Shown: piece after piece, positions 42,951 through 52,750 of the stretch
Position numbering within the stretch: the stretch's first letter is position 1
Layout of the letters: each line of letters begins with the position of its first letter
Position numbers and translations under genes: made by a program
DNA from: Raillietiella orientalis
Lineage: Eukaryota
DNA: 64,000 nt
NCBI GenBank assembly: GCA_036172245.1
Contig: JAYWIR010000018.1
Coordinates: 3,100,001 to 3,164,000 of the forward strand
Direction: 5' to 3'
The notes under the pieces: model-generated
Told to the model about the DNA's origin: nothing
Databases searched by the model: none
What the model saw: only the letters and a program-made list of their open reading frames with translations

Positions 42951-44229
42951 GACAAGCCACTTAAAACCGGCTCTTCTGGAGTCAGTCCCCGAGGCGTGAC
43001 GTCAGCGTGCGCGATCAGCACGGCGCCCAACAAGGCGATCTACAAATACACGTTGAGCCACTTGGAACCTTCCCACCTCCCGGATGTGGCTCTGCGGCGA
43101 GACCGTTTTGAAGTGGCCTTTATTGCAGTTAACAAGGAGGTGCTCTTCCAGGTGTTCCCTTCTTCCAAGTGTCGTTTGCTAGACCCGAAAAGGAAGACAA
43201 CTGCAATCCCGTTTCCGTTAGTGTTTCTTCGCAGGCGTCTTCCTCGAAGCTCACGCTGCATGTGTGAACTCCTGTGGAATCTCTCTCTGTCTCCCGTCTA
43301 AGCACCCATCTTCATAATTTTGGGCTTTTGACAAGACTTCCGCCCAGTCATTTGGAAACCTTCGTGGTTTCGTAATTTGAGATCACTCCCCTTTCTTCCC
43401 AAATTTTCAATTTCCAATATGATGGCTGACTCTTTCTTGCTAAGGCACCAGTTGGGATGCAGTTTTGAACCATTCCCAGGAACAGACAGTTTGGAGACTA
43501 CTACCTGTTGATGATTCCGGTATCCCTTTGGTGCGGTCTGCGATGGAATTGTGTCTGGAGCCTATGAAGTTGGAGTAGTTGATGCCGTGGCTAGTGAACG
43601 TGAGTGAAGGACTCTTCACGCGCCACAGATCTCCCTGCAAATTCGGTCCACGCCTCTCCTGGGTGCAGACCGCATGTGTGGCAAACTGTGCCGCCCTGCG
43701 CGAATGAATCAAAAGCCTTGTCAACCCTAAAACGTTCTGCAAGTGAGCACTCTTCAGTCTGATGCCTACAATAAAATTCGACTTAGATCGTTACTTGAGG
43801 AGTGGTTTTGGTCTTCTCATCTCGCAGCATCTGATGCTTCCTCAAAAGACGAACTGTGCAAGATTCGTCTCCAGCACGACATCGAGGTTCGCTCTTTATG
43901 TCCTCCCTGCATGCTCATGGCATATGTCTGACTTTCCACTTACCACATTCCATACTCTTCTGGAAAACCTGCTCAGGGTTCTTCCTTGTGAGGAATTTTT
44001 TTTTTCATTTTTCGTACTTGGACGCTGATGACCTACGTCCTCATGAACGCCAAGGGGAAGGTGCGCGTGGATCTCCTTCCGAAATACTGCACTTCCGCAA
44101 GCATCCGTTGGAATGATATGTCGGTCAAAGGTGTTAGAGCTTCTCTACGCATCCTTTCTTGGACATCTTTCATGTCTCAACCCTGCTCCCCTGACTGCGT
44201 TCCTCGCGTACCCTCACAAGAATCATAAA

Positions 44230-44950
44230 TATTTTTACTGCTTCTCATTACAGGGGGATGCTGCTCTGCATGCTGCAAGGCAATCGCGAAGGTTTCCTCG
44301 AATCTTCGGGAGTAGTTCTGGAAGATTGAGCTCTTTGATGGGAGCGCCGATCGAGACAAATTCCTTGATTTTCCAAGGGAGCGGAAGGGATGTCGGAAGC
44401 AATCTCGCGACTCTAACGAATGGAGGGCCGCAATCACGAAAGTTTCGTGCGCACCCGATGCCCATGCCCAGCAGATACAGGAGAGAGGTCACCTTTCCCC
44501 TTACTTCTCTTCCAGCAGGAGAGATCTGAGTTTTTGCTGGCTGACGCCTTCGTATTTTGAAAGACAGATCCACTCTATGGAGACCATCAACAATAAGCCT
44601 GAAGACCTTCAAGAATCTATAGCTGAAGCCATTACTCGCAGTTGGCACCCGATGACCAGCCCATTTTTACCTTTCCACCTGCCTCCATTCCCACACGGGG
44701 AGAAGCCCTTTGAATGAGCTTGTCAGCAAGGAGGACCATCAGATCGGCAACGCTCACAAAGGAAGGTGTAGACCGTGAGCGAGGAATTCGAGCGGTGTGG
44801 GATGAGATGTTGCTGCAAATTTTTGACAGGTTTGCAACACGCCAGTCTCCAGTCACCAGAAGGCATAACGAGCTGGAGAGGTCACGCGGAAACGGCAGCA
44901 ACAGCTGGCTTGCAGTCAAAGAGTTCCAGAGGGTTCAGATGAAGAATCGA
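44230..44950 (-). mobile_element. Very degenerate LINE reverse transcriptase remnant
   Basis: FVSVADLMVLLAD (YADD-like), then FKI..KTQI...VTSLLYLLG (YLG-like) in the expected order. Confidence 0.3.
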
Positions 44951-45199
44951 AGCATCGTCTTCTATTGCTTCTTCTCCTTTGGAAGATTAACTATAGAGAA
45001 GGGAGAGGAACAACTGACTCTTTTTATCCTCTAGGATAGCGCATGCGTTGGTCCAGCTTCCAGGGGATCTGGGATCTGAGAATTGCCACGGAACTCCAGA
45101 CTCCTGCACGGATGCAGACTCCACGAGGAGCATGGGGGAATTTTGCAATAGAAGACCGTGGGAAGGGTTCACCGACAAACAGGTCAAACTGCTGGCTGT

Positions 45200-46100
45200 C
45201 CGGAGCGGGATGGAAAGGGACGGCAAAACACAAATAGAGAAGAAAGGGTGGGGCAGGGGTCTCTGGTCTCGGCCGTTCGTTCCTTCTAGAACCGGTGCCG
45301 GATGTTACCACCTCCGTCTTGACTTCCTCTTTTAAGTGCTACTAACTGGTAGCTGCCTTGCTCTTGTGAGAGGCCGCCCTGAGGGTGACCTCTTTTTGCT
45401 GCATCTGCGTCTGCAAGACATGGCGGGTCGTGAAGATGTAGGATGTCGTCGCAGTCAGGACGACTCCCTGGAGTGCCAGAGAGAGGGAGAAGAACCTCCG
45501 CAGCCGGTCACAGGTGGTGTCCCCCAGGTGCAGCAGCGTTGATGCCAGACTCTGCTACAGTTCCAGGAGGACACTACGGAACAACAACGGCGCAGTGCAA
45601 CCCTAAACATTTTGGGGTTTGCTTCGCCGAAGAAGTTCCTCCCTCCAGGAACAAGGAGTGACGGCGTCCACCAGCTCATTCGCCTTCCAGCTGCCCAGGA
45701 GTTTGGTCACTCACAACGGGTGCAGGAGAACTCCCACCTCGCCCGTTGCCTACTTGTTCTCAGGGCAAACAGCGCCACGGCAAGCTTATGGCGGCTGCTC
45801 TTTGAGGACACTTTGTTCACTCCTGAAAAATATCTCCTAGCGGTTGCAGAATTCCCAGGGCGACAACACCCAAGTGTCGACCGTCTCCTGCCGACAGCTG
45901 ATGAGGAAGGGGAGATCCAGCGGTGGGCTTCCGAAAGTAAGGCCGATTGCCTCAACGATGAGCCGAATCGTAAGAGCTGTCGCCTCAGGATGCTTGCGGT
46001 TTTGGGATTCGCGGACAGCGGAGACCCCCGGCGAATCGAAGAGACTGAAGAGGAGAGCGAAGCGTATCAAGGAAAGAAATGGCGTTCTCGGCTATCCGGG
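45200..46100 (-). mobile_element. 3' fragment of an L1/Tx1-like LINE, same family as the 60.5-kb copy
   Basis: Nucleotide similarity to 60480-61100: CTAGAACCGG.GCC.GATGT....CTCCGTCTTGACTTCCTCTTTT, TCTGCAAGACATGGC, CCAGGAAC.AGGAGTG...CGTCCACCAG. Confidence 0.7.
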
Positions 46101-46599
46101 ATTTCCCAGATGCCTGAGAGAACAGAAAGCAAGTAAAAAGGTGGTGGAGATGATTATTTTCGTCCATTTTTTTTTGCATTCACAGTACTTTCCTTGATGT
46201 GGGTGTGATCAACAGCAGCAGCAACAGCAAAAGGATGAAGATGAAACTATGCTTGAAAATGCCGACACGGTGAGAGCATCGTGGAAATGAACAGAGCACA
46301 AGCATCCTGAATAGGCTGGTGATGAGATCAAAGTTCCTCACAGCAGAGTCAAGAACGTACGTCGGAGTTGCCCCACGGCAAGCATAGCTCACACGTGAAA
46401 GAGAAATGTGGTTGCCATTGGGCATAGCTCGGTAGGAGATAGTCTTTTGCATGCCGTTCGGTTTGCACCAAGTGGTGAATTCGAGGCCCGAGGACCCTAA
46501 GGAAGGCAGGAACCTGGATCAGGAGTGACTTCGGAAAATATACAGAGAACTTTTGACAATGTAGATCCACGCTGGCGGCCACGTGGCTACGGTCTCCGC

Positions 46600-47220
46600 G
46601 TGTGGCTTCAAGCGTCGTGAAGATGCGTCACGGATTCGAATCCTACCCGGAGGAGGATAGACTCCGAGAACTATCGAGAACGGGGGTGAGTCGTGGGTTT
46701 TGAGTCCTCCCTCAGGATGACGCTGATTGGCAAATTTGGGTGCGGCACTGGTGGACCGCGGAAACTTCCGGATGCCCCTGTTAACTGGTCGGAATTGGAA
46801 GTCGACCCTCCGAGATCCTTCCAGGAACCAAAGAGCATGTCCCCTTGGGGGTAGTCTCCGGTTGTAAAAATGAAGCCGCTGCGTACCACGAAGCTGGTTA
46901 ATGCCCCCCTCGGAAGTTGCCTTTCCAGAATGTCAGGAGCTCGCTGCTACCTTTGGGAAGAGCCCTTCAGAAAAGGAAACAAGAAGGAGCTCTTCCGCCG
47001 ATGGGGATCCCTTTGGAGAAGAAATTCAGAGAGAATTCTTTCCGAATTCTCTTCGAAGGAGAACTGAGGAGTGGCCGGCTCCGGGAAGTCCATCAGGGAA
47101 GAATAAGGGAGAGTTTCCCTCTAAGGTCCCTTTGGAGACAGCCAGGCTCCCTTCGGGGTTCACTCTCAAGTGGAACAGGCAATTGCCTAGGAGCTGAAGC
47201 TTCCAGTGGGAAGTAGAATC
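46600..47220 (+). repeat. Dispersed repeat family, copy B
   Basis: Begins ATGCGTCACGGATTCGAATCC (B-box-like); body and ~40-bp GGA/TCC-rich array align with copies A and C. Confidence 0.75.
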
Positions 47221-48059
47221 CCAACAAGGAGTTGCCCAAAACATCGGAGAGTATACGGTACTCATTGATTAGAGGAATCAGTATTGATTTATACGGTACT
47301 CTTTCTAGAGGATTGAGGTAAAGCAGGGTGTGATTCTACAAAAGAAATAAGAGATGAAGTTTTCGTATTGATGTAGCCAGTGGTAGTGTGAATGTCTTCG
47401 CAGGCAGTGACCAGTTTGAAGGATTCGTGCTGCAAGAGTGGAAAGATGTCTCAGTGCAGTATCTGAAGAACAGCAGAAAGCGTGAGGCGAAGTGCTCTTT
47501 TTAGCGTAAGGGTTTGCAATTTCAAATGGCAGAGAAGGTAGTGGTGGATCTCATCTCTTTACTCAAGTAGCATTGATGGCAAAAGCTGTCCATATTCCTC
47601 GTTCGAACCTCGGAGCAAGGAGTAAAGGGAAAGAAGGTGGAAATGATGGTTGTTTCTATCAGAGTGTCCCAATGAGAGACTGAATGCTGTTTGAATTCCT
47701 AAGTGCCATTCCTAAAGTCCCCGTTGCCAGAACAGACTTGATTGGCGGTGGGTGAGGCTGGAATGATTAGCGCGAATAATCTGAGAGAAACTGTCGTAGA
47801 TGTGGAGAAACCTTGTCCACGAAAACAGAAGGAAGACTTTTACTCTAGAGAGAGGAAGGAGGTTTGCTGACGAGCGCGGCAGTGGCACAATAGAAGACAA
47901 TCGTTGCATGAAGGCAAAGAGACTGTTATGGCTGTTCGACGGGAGAAGAGCATCGCTATTAGAGCAAGAAGATAGGGCTGAACGGGATATGGATGCCATG
48001 TGCACTAAAGATCTCTATGAGCAGAAGTGCAGCAACTGATAAGGAAGGCCTACTGATGC

Positions 48060-48720
48060 AGCGGAACGTGGTACCATGCGTCGCGGGTTCGAATACGCCG
48101 GCAGAAACTGACGCCACTGCGTCGGTGGGTCCTGAGTTCCTCCTGGAAGATGGCGATGGTTGGCCTACAAACATTCGGGCGCGGCTCTGGAAGCGGTTAA
48201 AACCGGAGGTTCCCGATTGAAGGCCGGAACAATGGGAGTGGACCTTCGGATCCTTCCAGAAATCAAGGAGTGGGGAGTTCTCCCTCCGGTCGTACAACGG
48301 AGAGCGGACCCCCCACACCGGGAGACCCCTTCGGTTCGTTCAAGATGGAGCAGGAGCCTTCACAGGCAACTCTCCAGTTGTCTGAAGGAGCGGATCCCCA
48401 CTGTCGTGGGGGGGACCCTCCAAGTCGCCTCCTCTCCAAAGAGTGCAAGGAAGCAAGCGAGAACGAGCCCCCCTGCGGGAAGCTGCAGCACCCCATCTGA
48501 ATTTCGGAAGCCTCCCTTCGGGGTTCTCTTCAGAGGAGTGAACAGGAGCGGTTCCCTTGCGGGTTCCCTCCGGAGAAGAAATTTTTATTCCTACTTGGTT
48601 CTTCCGGAGAGAATGAGGAAGGAGATTCCCTTCTGGGTTCCCCTTCGGAGACAATCAGGGTGGAAGGTGCCATCCTTCTCTCCAAGCGTGAGAGGAACGG
48701 ACTCTGAGCACTTCCTGGTT
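48060..48720 (+). repeat. Dispersed repeat family, copy C
   Basis: Begins ATGCGTCGCGGGTTCGAATAC; GGATCCTTCCAG.AA.CAA.GAG is shared with B; GGTTCTCTTCAGAGGAG..AACAGG is shared with A (inverted). Confidence 0.75.
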
Positions 48721-48899
48721 TCATAGGACGGACCATTCTGTGTGTTTTTTTTTTATTTTGTGGTTTTTCCCTTCCTCTTCGCTTGCGAAGAGGACCTCAC
48801 CGGCCTGAAGGCCGGTAAACACAAGTGCTATAAGACTCAGGACCACGAGTTCTGCCTGAAAAAAGATTCTAAGACTTTATTAGGAAATTTTACTTTGTT

Positions 48900-50590
48900 A
48901 AAATTTTAATAATACTCACTCCTTACTCATCAGGCCTTTCGAGTTTAGCAACAACGCGTAGGCCCTATGCCCCGCGTACGGCCAGTCATCCTAGTGAGTA
49001 GCGATATCCAGGAGGTGTCGCGAATCCATGATTTCCATGGAGTGTGCAAGCAACTTCATCCCGGAACCGCCCTCTTCTCTGGGACGACACAGGGGTTTCA
49101 AACGAACTCTATGGCGATAGTGCCCCCACAATGTCTTTCTTTGCAGCTTTTCCACTTCTCTGGTATTCTTTTTCTTCATTCTCGCGAAGGCCGTTCCGAA
49201 GAGCACCTTTGGAAGGTACTCCATTCCAGAGGTTGGCCTTTCGCTTCATGCCAAAGTCCAATCGGGTGTACTTCGCGGCTTCTTTTGCCGTTTTCCCCAG
49301 GATTTCCGTTCACAGCAGCTTCGACGCAGAGTCGTCGCCGATGTAGACTCCAAGGCCGTGTCCACCGTTCGGAATCCTCTCCCCGTGAGAGCAGAGAGAT
49401 CCAGGATTCCGACGGGCAAAAGCTGGCTCTTCTGGGCATTGATCTTCAGGACCAGTCATTTTTCCATAAGCGTTACCACATCCAGGAACGCTTGTTGATC
49501 CCTCTCTTTCCTGATGAAGAAGAGGAGGTCATCGGCGTAGGCGAGATGGGTGAGCTTCTGGTCGTCGATGTTAATCCCACGTAGTCGCCCGCTCTTCTCG
49601 ATTAAAGAAGACAGCGCCTCCATGTAGATGATGAACAGCATCGGACTTAGCGAGTCGCCCTGCCGAACTCCTCGTTCCATCCGAATGGCCGCTGTTTCTA
49701 CCCCGTTGATCTTGATCCGGAAATGTTAATTCCGGAGGATCATTTCCACGAAGTTGCTGAAGTATTCCGGAAGTCCCAGCTTTTCCAGAATCTTCAGCAG
49801 CATCCCGTGATCGATGATGTCGAAGGCTTTCTCCATGTCGGTGAACGCCAGCACCAGGTTCTCGCCGACGTATCGGCTAAGTCCCACGGTGGTCTGCGCT
49901 CACTTGACATTGTCCGACATGTGGCATCCGGGTACCGCACATGTCTGGATAGGAGAAATCAGCCTTGACATAACCTTGCCTAAGCGGTTGGCCCAGATCT
50001 ACGCCAACCGCTTGGCATCCGAGTTAAGGATTGAGATTGGCCTCCATTGGGCTATCCTGGATAGGTCGCTTCCTTTCGGCAACAATCTCGTCCTGCTCTC
50101 GTAGAAGGACTCCGGCAGTCGTCCTTCTTGTCGGATGCAGAGGGTCAACTGGTGGAATAAACGCAGGTAGGCGTGCAGGTACCGCTGATAGTGACTGATG
50201 GGAACACTGTCAGGGCCTGCCGCCACATCCTTGCGTAATTCCTGAAACGCAGTCTTCACCTCTTCTTCAGAGGAATCCTTCTCCAGTCTCCTCCGTTGGA
50301 GGTCGTCTATCTTCTCCTCAAGATGGCTCAAGGTCTTCTGCATCGCCTGACACAGATGTTGTCGCGGGAAGTGTCCCGTGTAGTGCCTTTCGAAGGCGTC
50401 CACGATGTCCTCCGACGTGTGTCTGCTATGGTCACCGTCCTGAATACTAAAGATATCTGATACTATTCTTCTCCAGCACGCCGACTTCCCCTTTTACGCT
50501 ATGGAAGACGTACCGACTCTCGTACTGATCAAAGTACTTTGAGAGGGAGTGATCTTGGATGTCTTGATGTGCGATGGTTCGCACGATCCT
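48900..50590 (-). mobile_element. Truncated, inactivated L1/Tx1-clade LINE ORF2 (reverse transcriptase)
   Basis: AAGPDS, LLPKG..WRPISILNSDAK, DMEKAFD, RGVRQGDSLSPMLF, LAYADDL, LKINAQKS, LGVYIG, RPREEGG in the correct order; several in-frame stops and frameshifts; no endonuclease domain seen. Confidence 0.93.
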
Positions 50591-50683
50591 TCTTTTAACC
50601 TAGTCGATCAGACCATTTACATTCCAGGAGGCGATGTTAATCCTCCTGGCGCCCGATAGGGTTAAGGCCATAAAAAGGAAGAC

Positions 50684-52750
50684 CTACTTCTTGATCTTCC
50701 TGAGCTTCTGTCTGGGAGAGCGTGGGGCTCTTCCAGACGAAGAAGAGGGAGCGGGTTCCTCGCTGTCAGCGTCGCTCTCCATCGCGGTGAGGTCGGTGAA
50801 GTCGGCCTCGGTGGAGTGTTCGGCTCGTGCGATGAGCTTTCGTGGTAGCGCCTCTATCGCCACCTTTGCGCAGAAGTTTGCCTTCACGTCGAGCAGCTTT
50901 TCCTCCAGCTTATCGCGCTCGGCAACCTCCATCACCTGGTTGACGGTTTCTTGTGCATTGCAGATCTTCTGCAGGAGCTGCTCCTGAGTTTCGCTATGCA
51001 CTTCCATCACCTCCTCCGCCAGTTTGTCCAGCTCTTTGGTAGTCTGCAGGGCCTCCTGCGACACCAGAGTGGGTTCCAGCTTTTCCGCCTTCTCGCCTGC
51101 AGCTATCACCATGCAACCGAACGACACCCACGGTTTATTTCTTTCTGCTTCGCCAAGTACTGCTGAAGCGTCGCTTCGTCCCGTAGTGGGGCATCAGAGC
51201 GGCGGGAAAATGCCGTTATGCAGAAGGGACACCGCCACGGATCCAAGGTGCATGTCAAGGATGATCCCAAAAAGTCCGCTTCCAGTTCCCGGTTGATCAA
51301 CGGGGAATCCGGCCTCGAGCGCAAGCGAACCCTACCGATGAGCACCTGAAGCCTCGATCCACCCTAGAGCCATCTCGCGGGCAGACTTGAAACTCACCAC
51401 ACGTCCAAACCGCGCGGTCGATCCTTTCCGTCGGTGCTTCGAGCCCGCAACGCTGGTGGGTGCTGCTTGAGGACCCCGTAGCCACACGGCCGCTAGCGTG
51501 GGCTCCAGGTGTGTTCTCGCTTGCTCGACGGTGTGCACTCACGCCACGCTCCGAAGGCTTCCCCTCTTCGTCCGAAGCGAAGGTTGTCCTTTCGAACGTC
51601 GACTTTGGACTTATAGCTTTCGGGAAGTCTTCTTTCGTGAAGCGCTTTGAGGACCCTTGGATTTTCAGCTCACTGTCCATCTGAGCCAGGAAAGCTGTCA
51701 TCTCCCTTTTCAGAACTCTGCTGTTGGCGCGTCTTCCGTAATAATCGTCAGCTGTTCTCTACCACGGAACGTCGCGTGCGGAAAAGACAGATGCTCTCCG
51801 CTCTTTCTTGAGATTCTCTGAAGAGATGCTGAAGCGGCTCTTAAAGCGAGGGGAGAGTTTCTAACGCGGAGAACTGTCGGCTGCTGCCGCTTAGCATACA
51901 ACGGATGCTTGTCGATAACAGGCATCGGTCTCTAACCTCCTCCTCTCATTTGCAGAAGAGCAACGCAGGCGCAGCAACGACTGTTGCAGTGTGTCGGTGG
52001 TGCCAAATTTCTCTGCCACCCAAGACGATTACGTGAAGACACACCAAAGATGGCTTCGAGGAACTCCCTCACCAACGGGAGGGAAGGGGACGTGAGACTC
52101 CGCATCATCGATCACCACTTCATGTCCGCTGCAGACCTTAGTGGATCCCAATCTCCCATCCATCAAGGGAGAGGCTGGAAAATCTCCTGAAGCTCCTGCT
52201 ATCGGTGCTTGCTGTGGCATGGGACGCTGACACGCATTCGAAGTCATTCCTTGGGGCGCTCTCAGCCTCCGAACCAGGAGACTCGACGCCTGAATCAATT
52301 TCACCAAGAATGCGGTGCTCAGACAGCTCAGACAACAGGAGATCCTGGCCTGCGATCCGAGGATTCCCTGCCCGGGGAATCACCTTCTTCCTGGAAAGAG
52401 GGTGCTTCGTCATCACACTCGGTACATGCTGCTGGAAGTGCTCCAGGAGGTTCGTGAGGAAGGGAAAGGCAGCTGGAACCACGGTCTCAGGAAGAGCCAG
52501 CTCGGGCGACCATCGTTCGGTCATGGGAGTCCTTTCCAGCATTCGAGGAATGACGATGTTCTGCCAGAGCTGGACGCTCCCAAAACGGACGCGAACCAGC
52601 TTGGCGTCCTTCCTTCTCTCCAGCTTTGTTGAGGTGGCGGAGAAATTCCATAGAATGCAAGGGGCAACCCCAGGGTCCTTTGCCGTCTTCGTCATCTTGT
52701 CGTCCCACACGTCTTTTTTTTCTGCTGGAATGAGGCTGCAGAATCACTTC
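50684..52750 (-). mobile_element. Possible decayed hAT-family transposase
   Basis: Order of motifs FLTNLLEHF..PLSRKKV..SLSLDGW..VVIDDA..HLWC..TLDPW..LQQYLA resembles hAT (PSR, DGW, TDN, CxxH, LDPR, dimerisation lead-in). Frame is broken; no TIR or TSD found. Confidence 0.33.

Noticed and set aside
46560..48110. tRNA genes at the GTTCGAAT/ATTCGAATCC motifs
   Set aside because: No cloverleaf, acceptor stem or clear A box; these are treated as heads of the dispersed repeat.
49456..50403. Stop-codon reassignment or readthrough in the LINE RT, which has several in-frame stops
   Set aside because: TAG, TGA and TAA all occur, frameshifts follow downstream, and the host genes use standard stops. 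Ordinary decay explains it.
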